Made by a program: the position numbers and the translations under genes. From a virus, in IMG/VR virus record IMGVR_UViG_3300010397_000045, positions 9,000-72,999 of that record: a stretch of 64,000 bases of DNA, one strand, 5' to 3'. Each line of letters opens with the position of its first letter. Position 1 is the first letter of the stretch. The notes beneath the pieces were generated by a model that was not told the DNA's origin, did no database searches, and was given only the letters and a program-made list of their open reading frames with translations. This document shows positions 54,437-62,362 of this stretch, piece after piece.

Positions 54437-54960
54437 TTTTCATACTCCCATAAATCAACATGTTTACTACGACATTCGAACCATATGATCCCACTTATCT
54501 GATGTACTCCCATCTGCTTGGTAGTTATGACAACCCGCTGTTGACATTCCACCAAGGTGTCATAAACGAAGTCTTCGTTTTCCACGCACAGGTTAGGCGT
54601 GCATGTGAACATGGCGTAGATCCTGTGCTCACCCGGGGCGGCCGCAAAAACCTCCAATGTAAGAAGGGCCAGCAGGATCGCAGAACACAATACCAACCAG
54701 CCTCGCGGTGACACCCGAAGCTTTTTAAGCTGTAGCTTAGCCGCACCCCGTCCTACCCCAGCCTTCGTGACCGCAAACGGCTCGCCGGTAGCCCAGTGGC
54801 TCTCCAATCGGGCCTTCCGTAAAGCCTTCCAGGCGCGCCTGGTCGCCAACCCTTCTGCGACCTGCCAGAGGGCTACCGCAAGGATGATTAGAACGACGAT
54901 CAGGAGCAATCCCGCCTGCGACCAGCTGAGGTGCTCTTGCCACCCCCATAAGGCGCTCAT
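54433..54960 (-). CDS. Hypothetical membrane protein
   Basis: ORF track; two hydrophobic segments. Confidence 0.55.
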   Translation of the reverse strand: MSALWGWQEHLSWSQAGLLLIVVLIILAVALWQVAEGLATRRAWKALRKARLESHWATGEPFAVTKAGVGRGAAKLQLKKLRVSPRGWLVLCSAILLALLTLEVFAAAPGEHRIYAMFTCTPNLCVENEDFVYDTLVECQQRVVITTKQMGVHQISGIIWFECRSKHVDLWEYEK

Positions 54961-55102
54961 GATTCGTCCACCAGCATGGTACGAGCCACATCTATGACCA
55001 TATCCACGTCACCTCTTCCGACCGACCCATTTTTATGCCTGTGGATCTCCGTCGCCACCACGACCTCAATCAACCTCAGTAGCGCTTCGAACTGTTCGTG
55101 TG

Positions 55103-55342
55103 TCATGCTCCGTCCCCCTCTTCACGTTTCATCTGCTCGATGTGACAATGTAACTTCATCTCAGCCAGTGTTAATTGCGCCTCCAGCACTGGGATGTCAA
55201 GTGGATCGCCACCGCCCTTCCAGCTCTCACCAATGGCTGCCTCCTTGTATTCGGCTATCAACTCTCTGAGAGTGTGCCAAGCCTTCTGTCGGGCATTCTC
55301 TTTGAGAGTGGTGCCATCTACAGGTTTCTTTTTTCTGCTCAT
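55103..55342 (-). CDS. Hypothetical protein
   Basis: ORF track; 4-bp overlap. Confidence 0.6.
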   Translation of the reverse strand: MSRKKKPVDGTTLKENARQKAWHTLRELIAEYKEAAIGESWKGGGDPLDIPVLEAQLTLAEMKLHCHIEQMKREEGDGA

Positions 55343-56052
55343 AGTATATCTCTCACCTCTTTCAATTTCGCCAGCCTCTCCCGGGTTCGCCGCACGACAC
55401 CCTCAATGCGGGCGAGCGCAGCAAGTGCCTCATCGATCTCCCGGATATCGTTATCCAGGTTGCTGACCTCCTTCGGTTGGTTGGATTCGTGTTTGGAATT
55501 ACCATTCAATCGACCAGTCTCCGTGGGACTCACGCCGGACGTTGGGTGCTCATTGAAGAAATTGTCTACCTGGATCTCAGTGCGGGTCTTGCTCAAACGG
55601 TACCAACCGCGCCCTCTGCGCTCGATCCCGCGCCCGACCATTTGCAACGTTGTTTGCGACACAGTATCTGCGCTCACCTCCGGCCGCGACGATCGCACGC
55701 ATGCGAGTATGTCCTGTGATGACATCCCACTCGGATGGCGCTCGAGCAACTCCAAAATCATTTGTCGGATGGTCTTCTTGGGTTCTTCTACCGGCACAGG
55801 TGTGCTGACTTGTAACATCGCATCCTTGAGCGCGTCGCCCATCGAGGTCGTAGCGTCCGCGTAGCCAGCGCGGCGCATCTCCGCCATGAACTTCTGAAAG
55901 CCCTCGTGGTTGCAGCTTGTGCCGGAAGCGACAACGATGTCCTTCTTGTTGGGTGAGTAGAACTGCCAGTGGCCGCGTTTGGTCTCGCAGACCCTAAACC
56001 CCTGCATCTGCGCGTTCTTGATCACACGCTGCAGGTCACTCTCGTAACTCAT
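55339..56052 (-). CDS. HicA-like N-terminal domain plus winged-helix domain protein
   Basis: GFRVCETKRGHWQFYSP...VVASGT...MRRAG (HicA-like fold); ILELLERHPSGMSSQDI...IERRGRGWYRL (wHTH). Confidence 0.55.
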   Translation of the reverse strand: MSYESDLQRVIKNAQMQGFRVCETKRGHWQFYSPNKKDIVVASGTSCNHEGFQKFMAEMRRAGYADATTSMGDALKDAMLQVSTPVPVEEPKKTIRQMILELLERHPSGMSSQDILACVRSSRPEVSADTVSQTTLQMVGRGIERRGRGWYRLSKTRTEIQVDNFFNEHPTSGVSPTETGRLNGNSKHESNQPKEVSNLDNDIREIDEALAALARIEGVVRRTRERLAKLKEVRDIL

Positions 56053-56285
56053 TTTGAAGTTCTCCTATAGGGTTCCTTGTGTGTCAACTTCTGTCCATCT
56101 ACCAACCCAACCCTGTACCCCTTCTTGTGTCCGGCCCTGTAGGCATCCCGCACCAACCTGAAGGTGTCGGCCCCACTCACATCACTGGTCTCACTGGTAG
56201 GTGCTATGAACGCCTCTCCGAGGGCCTTCAAACCATACCCTTTTGCCTCCCGGAGTAATACCGTCTCCTTCTTGAAGTCAACCAT
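56049..56285 (-). CDS. Hypothetical protein
   Basis: Start moved to ATG 56285 (GGAG RBS). Confidence 0.5.
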   Translation of the reverse strand: MVDFKKETVLLREAKGYGLKALGEAFIAPTSETSDVSGADTFRLVRDAYRAGHKKGYRVGLVDGQKLTHKEPYRRTSK

Positions 56286-56359
56286 GACGCTCTCCAGATA
56301 AGAAAAACGCCCCCGGCGGGCGTTTGTTGGCCTGCCGGGGGTTTCGGGCTGTATCAGCC

Positions 56360-57328
56360 TCAATGCTTCTTGATCAGACCTCGCTTCACCATGTCGTTGT
56401 AGTACCACGACACGTAACCGGTGTTCTTGATGTTGTTATCGGGAAACTTTTTCACAGCCGCTTCGAAGATCTCTTTGGTCTCCTTGCCGGCTTTGTACAT
56501 TTCCCGGATGAACCTGGCGGGGGTACCCTCGCGGCCTAACCCATCACCCGTGTCTTGGACCTTTTGACGGCCCTTCGGCGCTGCTTTGGCCTCGACCTTC
56601 TTACCATTGGTCTTCTTACCATTGGTCTTTCCAGCCGGCTTCGCGGCTGCCTTCACAGCTGTTGCCTTTGCGGCAGGTTTCGCCTTGACAGCCTTTTTCC
56701 CCTTCGTCGTTGAACTCGTCTGTACTTCCATCTCTGCTTCCTTTGGTATAGCCGGTGGTTGGTAATGCCCGTTCGATACCTGCCCGTCCGGCTTATGCCA
56801 GGTAGGATCAAACTGTTCGAGATATCCCCGTACTATCAATTCTTTCAAGGGGCGGTGCAGGTTGGTGCGTTTATCGTCGAACTGAACCATCAACGCATCC
56901 ACCTCTACATCTGTCAGGCCGCGCAGACTCTTGCCCGACTCGATTATTGTATACTCCTCCACCCCTTTGATGTCACCCGCTGCCTTGCGTGCCGCCATCT
57001 CCGTTGCGTGCTTGGAGACGACCCGCGCGCTTTTGTTGGTTTGATCAATCAACGCAACCCATTGCATACGACCACCTTTTTGCCTGATGATTTTCTCCGT
57101 GGGTACAAGCATTGCCGCGGAGATACGCTCCAGATAATCACGAATCAATTGACGGTCCACATTCCGTCGCTCAACCTCCTCCTTGGTCAGTTTCCTGGCT
57201 GGTTCAACATGAAAGTTAAACAGGTTCCGACTCTCCAGGCGATGGGCAGTGATCTTGAAGTTACCACGCTGCAGCGCCTCTTTGGTCATTTGATCGGGCT
57301 TCCAAGCCCAATCGGCCAGAAGTTTCAT
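56360..57328 (-). CDS. Early protein with a histone H1-like Lys/Ala linker and a C-terminal LGREGTPARFIRE domain
   Basis: KKAVKAKPAAKATAVKAAAKP tract; C-terminus similar to 58821..59054. Start uncertain. Confidence 0.7.
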   Translation of the reverse strand: MKLLADWAWKPDQMTKEALQRGNFKITAHRLESRNLFNFHVEPARKLTKEEVERRNVDRQLIRDYLERISAAMLVPTEKIIRQKGGRMQWVALIDQTNKSARVVSKHATEMAARKAAGDIKGVEEYTIIESGKSLRGLTDVEVDALMVQFDDKRTNLHRPLKELIVRGYLEQFDPTWHKPDGQVSNGHYQPPAIPKEAEMEVQTSSTTKGKKAVKAKPAAKATAVKAAAKPAGKTNGKKTNGKKVEAKAAPKGRQKVQDTGDGLGREGTPARFIREMYKAGKETKEIFEAAVKKFPDNNIKNTGYVSWYYNDMVKRGLIKKH

Positions 57329-57765
57329 GGTTGCTTCGCCGGGGCTGAGTACGTGGTAGCCCACTCATCGCGTACCGCAACCCCACTCCTGCCATCGTAC
57401 AGGGTGTAGGTCAGGGTGCCATCTGAGTGACAGGTGGCGCTCGAGCAGCGGGCCCAGCGGTTGTTACCGACATGGACCTCGTACCAACGTTCCTGGCCTG
57501 TGCTGCAGACATGTCCTTGCCCGAGACCCTTCACGATTCCTCCCGCGACTCCGTTGGTTGTTGATATCGGCTCTTGATGCGATGGGCGCAGCAACCTGGT
57601 CCATACATCTGGTTGCCGGCTTTCACCTTGGCCGCATATTTGGATGTGCCCTGCGTGCGGTTTTTGTCGTGTTCCACGCGCACGGCTGTGCGATTACGTT
57701 TCACGTAAAACTCCTCCTCGGAAGATGGACGGCCGGTCAATAGTAGCACCGGACGTCCGGGGGAT

Positions 57766-57993
57766 CTACTCCGTGGCCGCCGCTGCGCCCTCCACCCGCG
57801 GCCCCTTGGTTTTCGTGCTCTCGTACACGCTGAGACCGAAGGAGATGCTGGCGTGTTTGTCCGGCAGCCGCTGGTTGCCTTCCGTCGACGCTACGATGAT
57901 GCTCTTACCGGAGCCGGAAGGACCAAAACGCTTCGACAGGTCCACGGTGATGACCAGCTTGGTACCAGTGATCTTCGTCTCGATGTTGACCAT
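57766..57993 (-). CDS. Conserved small protein
   Basis: LVITVDLSKRFGPSGSGKSIIVASTEGN motif; GAGG RBS; first gene downstream of hammerhead 1. Confidence 0.75.
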   Translation of the reverse strand: MVNIETKITGTKLVITVDLSKRFGPSGSGKSIIVASTEGNQRLPDKHASISFGLSVYESTKTKGPRVEGAAAATE

Positions 57994-58018
57994 GAATGCA
58001 AAACCTCGTGTAAGTTGA

Positions 58019-58069
58019 CCCAGACGGCTTGGCGCCGTTTCGCCCGGATTTCACGGGCTCGTCAGTGGG
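58019..58069 (-). ncRNA. Type I hammerhead ribozyme, copy 1
   Basis: CCCA CUGACGA GCCCG-UGAAAUC-CGGGC GAAA CGGC-GCCAA-GCCG UC/UGGG; predicted cut between 58023 and 58022. Confidence 0.9.
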
Positions 58070-58071
58070 AG

Positions 58072-58716
58072 TTATTTAGAGGGTGACCGGGCCCGTTGAC
58101 CGTCCCAGCGTGCCACCGCGGCGACCCTCGCAGCCTTCCAGCAATCCATGCAACACTCCTCCGTGATCCACGCCTCGGTGCACACACCGTTGGCATCGCG
58201 TGGGCGATCCTTCGCCTTCTTGCCACAGCCGCCAAGGCAGACTCGTGAGTCCGCCAATGGGTTGAAAAGCATTGCACGATCAAAAGCGGCCATGGCTGCA
58301 GCACGGAAGATCTCCCGGTCGTATTCCGGATTCTCCCCGGTAGTCAAACGGGTAACAGTTCCATCCCGCTCCTCCAATTGCAGTTCCAGAGTGCAACCTG
58401 GATCGACCAACTTCACGGTCAATACCGTATAGTGGCGCTCACTGGTTGGATCAAATTCAGGTCTTGGCATGGTCGCCAGCGTCGTCAGCGTGAGATGGCC
58501 GCCGTTGAGCTTGCGGCCATTCATCGTACCGTGATCGTAACAACCAACAATGCCGCGCTGAGGATGCACGGCAACGTAATGGCCGCCTCCTGCGGCCCAG
58601 CGTGTTATCATGCGCACTCTGCGGCAACCTAACTTCTTTGCATCAGCCTGCCACTTGGCAAGGCTGCGATAGTGTTTGACTGCGCCGCTGTCAGCATTGA
58701 GAGACAATGTGTTCAC
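58072..58716 (-). CDS. Hypothetical early protein (214 aa) between hammerheads 2 and 1
   Basis: ORF track; C-terminal Cys cluster; stop codon 2 nt before hammerhead 1. Confidence 0.65.
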   Translation of the reverse strand: MNTLSLNADSGAVKHYRSLAKWQADAKKLGCRRVRMITRWAAGGGHYVAVHPQRGIVGCYDHGTMNGRKLNGGHLTLTTLATMPRPEFDPTSERHYTVLTVKLVDPGCTLELQLEERDGTVTRLTTGENPEYDREIFRAAAMAAFDRAMLFNPLADSRVCLGGCGKKAKDRPRDANGVCTEAWITEECCMDCWKAARVAAVARWDGQRARSPSK

Positions 58717-58743
58717 GATCCCTGACTCCAGTTTTTGCCTTTT

Positions 58744-58820
58744 CCCAGACGGGTGGCGGCATCGTGCGACCGATGGTGCCGCGCCCCGTTTCGCCCGGAT
58801 CTCACGGGCTCGTCAGTGGG
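58744..58820 (-). ncRNA. Type I hammerhead ribozyme, copy 2 (extended stem III)
   Basis: CCCA CUGACGA GCCCG-UGAGAUC-CGGGC GAAA CGGG-[GCGGCA..AUCG..CGAU-GCCGC]-CCCG UC/UGGG; predicted cut between 58748 and 58747. Confidence 0.9.
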
Positions 58821-59054
58821 TTACTCCGCCGCCTGTAGCAACCCTTTCTTGCGTAGCTGTGTTCCATACCATGAGACGTAGGCAGGCGTTTTGATCTTGT
58901 TCCTTGGAAACCGCTTTTTGGCGGCTTTGAAGATCTCACCGGTACCCTTACCGGCAAGGTACTGCTCGCGGATGAAACGCGCAGGCGTACCCTCGCGACC
59001 CAGCTCGACAACCTTCGTACTCTTCGCCTTGCGGCGGTTCTTTGCCTTCGCCAT
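58821..59054 (-). CDS. Small basic protein (77 aa) with the LGREGTPARFIRE domain, between hammerheads 3 and 2
   Basis: GAGGTG RBS; TAA abuts hammerhead 2. Confidence 0.8.
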   Translation of the reverse strand: MAKAKNRRKAKSTKVVELGREGTPARFIREQYLAGKGTGEIFKAAKKRFPRNKIKTPAYVSWYGTQLRKKGLLQAAE

Positions 59055-59085
59055 AAATCACCTCTTTACGTTTTGTTTGATCTCA

Positions 59086-59136
59086 CCCAGACGGCTCGGC
59101 GCCGTTTCGCCCGGATTTCACGGGCTCCTCAGTGGG
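59086..59136 (-). ncRNA. Type I hammerhead ribozyme, copy 3
   Basis: CCCA CUGAGGA GCCCG-UGAAAUC-CGGGC GAAA CGGC-GCCGA-GCCG UC/UGGG; predicted cut between 59090 and 59089. Confidence 0.9.
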
Positions 59137-59304
59137 TTACACCTTTAGATATTTCGCCTCCAGCTTATCGAGGTTCTTCGCAGCGGCTTCACGCTGTTCA
59201 GGCGTCATGAAATTGAACCCCCGCGAACGCTCCACCGCGTTGTACGCTTTGCGGCTGACGCGTTTCAAAACCCCTTTGGGCCAGAAAACATTCTTGTGGG
59301 TCAT
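59137..59304 (-). CDS. Small hypothetical early protein
   Basis: Start ATG 59304 with GAGGAG RBS; TAA abuts hammerhead 3. Confidence 0.65.
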   Translation of the reverse strand: MTHKNVFWPKGVLKRVSRKAYNAVERSRGFNFMTPEQREAAAKNLDKLEAKYLKV

Positions 59305-59464
59305 TTCCGTCTCCTCGCCTCGACCTCGGTTGCCTTGACCCACGCCCGCGCCACAAAGTTGATAACCTCTTTGGCACCGAAAGGCCCAGACTGCTGGCTT
59401 AGCATGCGCGTGGCGTAGATCACACCTTCCGCGTAGCGTGCCTGCCGTTTTGTAATGCGCGTTT

Positions 59465-59809
59465 TCACTGTTGCGTCACGTAGCGTCGCTGCTGCGCATC
59501 CCACACCTGCACCACCTCTCCGATCGCTCCTGTCGTCCTGTCGTACGTCCCTTTTTTGCGGGGTCGTGGTTCAGAGAATCCCAGCGCCTGCGCCAGAGCA
59601 ATTTCCCAGTCAGCCTCGTCCAGCGTCTTAGGGTACTTCACGCCCCGGCGTTCCAACTCTGTGCGGTACCGAGGAGCCACCGCATTACACTCACTCACAC
59701 ATGAGGCCCGCATCGATTTAGGTGCGTGAATAGCGTTGTTCTGTACCGCTTTGAGATTCCACAACAGCTGATGTGTGGACATATCCGTCAATTTTAGTTT
59801 CTTAGCCAC
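59465..59809 (-). CDS. Hypothetical early protein, first gene after the 59838-59866 promoter
   Basis: AAGGAG RBS. Confidence 0.7.
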   Translation of the reverse strand: MAKKLKLTDMSTHQLLWNLKAVQNNAIHAPKSMRASCVSECNAVAPRYRTELERRGVKYPKTLDEADWEIALAQALGFSEPRPRKKGTYDRTTGAIGEVVQVWDAQQRRYVTQQ

Positions 59810-59837
59810 TGCCGATCACTCCTTACCCGTTGAAAAC

Positions 59838-59866
59838 ATCATCTCACATTTTCAATGGAAAGTAAA
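59838..59866 (-). promoter_or_regulatory. Early promoter TTTACT-N17-GATGAT (extended TG) with an upstream A-tract
   Basis: Near-duplicate of 60269-60308: TGCAAAAA(A)TAGTTT(T)ACTTTYCATTGA...TGTGAGA. Confidence 0.7.
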
Positions 59867-59878
59867 CTATTTTTTGCA

Positions 59879-60118
59879 TCAATCTTTGCGAAGACGGACG
59901 GACATTCGCCCCATTGTAGAAAATTCAAAGTCAAGGGTGACCTCTTCTACCACTGCGATCTGGATCGCAGAAGTCCTCTCCTGTGCTTCAAGTCGCTCTA
60001 TACGGCGCAAAGCGTTGACTAGCGCAGCCTTCAATTCCTGGTCTGTCGCTTCGCGATCTTCGAGCTGATCTGCTGCATCGCCGGGTTCACCGCGATAAAG
60101 CTCATTGAATCTACTCAT
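59879..60118 (-). CDS. Hypothetical protein
   Basis: ORF track; GGAG RBS. Confidence 0.6.
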   Translation of the reverse strand: MSRFNELYRGEPGDAADQLEDREATDQELKAALVNALRRIERLEAQERTSAIQIAVVEEVTLDFEFSTMGRMSVRLRKD

Positions 60119-60147
60119 TTCACAGTTCTCCGCTTCCTCGACTTTAC

Positions 60148-60265
60148 AAAAAAGAGGGTGGATCAGATGGGTTTGACGTCATGGGGTAGGTGGTAAGCCC
60201 GAAGGCTGCCTGACTCCCGTCGTGTCTCCCGTTTTCCGATCCACCCTCCTATCTCTTACCGTGGA
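60148..60265 (-). ncRNA. Candidate ~115-nt rod-like small RNA or attenuator
   Basis: 14-bp stem GAGGGUGGAUCGGA (60248-60235) / UCUGAUCCACCCUC (60167-60154) followed by U6; apical AGCC-UUCG-GGCU; directly downstream of a promoter. Confidence 0.6.
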
Positions 60266-60268
60266 GAT

Positions 60269-60297
60269 AGTCTCTCACAGAATCAATGAAAAGTAAA
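60269..60297 (-). promoter_or_regulatory. Early promoter TTTACT-N17-GAGACT (extended TG)
   Basis: Paralog of the 59838-59866 promoter. Confidence 0.7.
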
Positions 60298-60353
60298 ACT
60301 ATTTTTGCAGTTTTTCAGGCACCTCCTAAGCTGCTGATTCTTAAAGAATTATT

Positions 60354-60878
60354 TTAAGCCCATTTTAGCCAGAATCGACCCTCTTTCGACCCCCCTATAA
60401 AGAGGTCCCGCGCCGCAGCCCCATGGGCGTACTCCTCCAGGAAGATTACTCGGCTACAGGATGTACAACACAACAGCTTGGCACAATGGACGCAGGGGCT
60501 GTGGGTCACATAACAGGTGTGAATCGCTTGCGGGTCCCGGCATTGGAGCAAGGCATTCTGCTCGGCGTGAATAGCTTCGCAAAGGTCCAACCCCTCTCCA
60601 GGTTTCGAAGCCGACCCTTTACAGGCGTTGAGGTATTCAAAGTGCGTCTTGATGCCACGCGGTACCGCACCCGAAGCGTGCACCGGTAGGTTGCCGTCGA
60701 AGACGGTCAGCCTCTCATTACAGTGAGGCCGCCCGGGAGCCACCCCGTTGTAACCGGTCGAAAGCACGTGCCCACGAACATCTACCAATACACAACCCAC
60801 AGCCCGTCTGAGACATGTAGATTGCTCAGCGATATCGCAACATACCTTGAGCCAGGTAGTCTCCTTTGCAGGTCTCAT
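60354..60878 (-). CDS. dCMP deaminase
   Basis: STCLRRAVG, STGYNG, HAEQNA and SPCVHCAK zinc motifs. Confidence 0.93.
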   Translation of the reverse strand: MRPAKETTWLKVCCDIAEQSTCLRRAVGCVLVDVRGHVLSTGYNGVAPGRPHCNERLTVFDGNLPVHASGAVPRGIKTHFEYLNACKGSASKPGEGLDLCEAIHAEQNALLQCRDPQAIHTCYVTHSPCVHCAKLLCCTSCSRVIFLEEYAHGAAARDLFIGGSKEGRFWLKWA

Positions 60879-61813
60879 GGCACGATCCCTGTTATAAGCG
60901 GTAGCAACTGAGAGTGCACCACGATTGGATCTTTCCAGGTCCGGTAACCCAACATAGAAGCAAATGCCTGCCAGCCGTCCGGAGCCGAGGCCACAGCCCC
61001 CTGGCGCAGCGCGTATTCAGTAGCGGCGATACCTTCCGACTTGATATTAGGTGGCCCTGGAATATCGACCTCGACGTAACACTGATTGTCGATATTCAGC
61101 ACCCAACCAGCCTGGTCTGCGTCACGCTCGTAGATATGAGACGACCCTATGACCAGTGTCAGTGGGCCGGCCTCTACCTGAAGTTCAGCCGCCACGGCCC
61201 GCTGGAGCATCGCAAAGTTGAAGATGTCGTAGGGTATTCCGAGCCACGCGTCCGACGATCGCATCGACACGGTGGCCTCGAGCCGTCCTTGGCGGAACAT
61301 GTATTGCATCGTGAGAGTGCAGGGAACATCCTTGGTTGTTGTATACCCAACATCCTCACTTCGATTTTCGAGTGAATCGTAATCACGCTGTACGATATTA
61401 TATTCAGGTCTCCACACCCCGATGATCGCCTGACGTGTATCGGCGTCGTTGCGGATACGCTCGACGACCCCACCAATCTGACTACGCCACCGCGGGCCAT
61501 AGGCGCCATAGAACGTCTGCCCATCGTCGGAGTACTTCACGATGTTGGAGTTGTAGTGCCGTATCATCGCAACGTCCGAGCGCCCACAGAAAACCCACAG
61601 AAACTCGGCGAACATGAACGGGTAGTTGAGACGCCGATCCGGCAACCAGGCGGCGCACTTTGTCGTGTCAGTCAGAACATACACCTGGTTACGCAATTCG
61701 CGGGTCGCCATGCCGCGCGGGCCCACGCACTCGCCATCTTCCGAGCGCAGTACGTTGTCGAGCACGGCGGCGTACAACCGGCTCGCTGTCGACGCTTTGA
61801 TTATCCTGTGCAT
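60875..61813 (-). CDS. Thymidylate-synthase-fold enzyme, probably a dCMP hydroxymethylase/methylase
   Basis: YSDDG...GAYGPR, DTRQA, catalytic DVPCT and MRSSDAWLGIPYDIF with Asp where dUMP-specific ThyA has Asn; SSHIY. Confidence 0.8.
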   Translation of the reverse strand: MHRIIKASTASRLYAAVLDNVLRSEDGECVGPRGMATRELRNQVYVLTDTTKCAAWLPDRRLNYPFMFAEFLWVFCGRSDVAMIRHYNSNIVKYSDDGQTFYGAYGPRWRSQIGGVVERIRNDADTRQAIIGVWRPEYNIVQRDYDSLENRSEDVGYTTTKDVPCTLTMQYMFRQGRLEATVSMRSSDAWLGIPYDIFNFAMLQRAVAAELQVEAGPLTLVIGSSHIYERDADQAGWVLNIDNQCYVEVDIPGPPNIKSEGIAATEYALRQGAVASAPDGWQAFASMLGYRTWKDPIVVHSQLLPLITGIVP

Positions 61814-62352
61814 AGTGAGTCCCCCGCGGTCTCTTCGATCATCTCGATGAACGTCCCGCGGTGCGCCTCACGTGTCCAGTCGTAGTGGTACGTCGGCAGT
61901 GGCACCGAGGCGTCCGACAACACGTCGCAGAAACCGTCATACACCTGGCGCAGCTTCGACTCGCTCGGCAGGTACTCCAGGTTCCGGCGCGACGCCCAGG
62001 CTTTGGCGCACTCATCAAACGGCGGTTGACACACCACTAGGATCGCACCTGCGCGACGGGCGAGGTTCTCGAGTACCTTGCGATCGTGCGCCGGTATGCG
62101 GTCCTCACTCCGCATCAAAGGTCCGTAAATCGACTCACTGATCCAACAGCGATCGATCAACAGCAGGGTGTTGCGCTCATAGCGAATGAAATCACTCGCG
62201 TAGTGGTGAGTAACAACCTTCTCTCCCAGGTACGGGCCGTGGTTGGAACGGCGCACACTCTGTCCACGGGCCGCAGCGCGGCGCTCCCAGGCGTCAGCCA
62301 GAGTGGTCTTACCGGAACCATCGCAACCTTCGAATATCACTATGTTCATCAT
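61801..62352 (-). CDS. dNMP kinase (thymidylate-kinase-like P-loop)
   Basis: IFEGCDGSGKTT and IDRCWISESIYG. Confidence 0.88.
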   Translation of the reverse strand: MMNIVIFEGCDGSGKTTLADAWERRAAARGQSVRRSNHGPYLGEKVVTHHYASDFIRYERNTLLLIDRCWISESIYGPLMRSEDRIPAHDRKVLENLARRAGAILVVCQPPFDECAKAWASRRNLEYLPSESKLRQVYDGFCDVLSDASVPLPTYHYDWTREAHRGTFIEMIEETAGDSLCTG

Positions 62353-62362
62353 CAGTCTCCTC

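Noticed and set aside
57728-57761. Hairpin GGACG-UCCGGU...ACCGG-CCGUCC after the 57766..57993 stop, considered as a fourth ribozyme
   Set aside because: No CUGAnGA or GAAA core; at most a stabilising or processing hairpin.
58019-59136. Three ~50-bp repeats read as a CRISPR array, REP elements or terminators
   Set aside because: The intervening sequences are whole genes of unequal length, no cas genes are present, there are no U-tracts, and the conserved positions match the hammerhead core.
60875-61813. Plain thyA annotation
   Set aside because: Asp replaces the dUMP-specifying Asn and a separate thyX exists, so no gene symbol was assigned.
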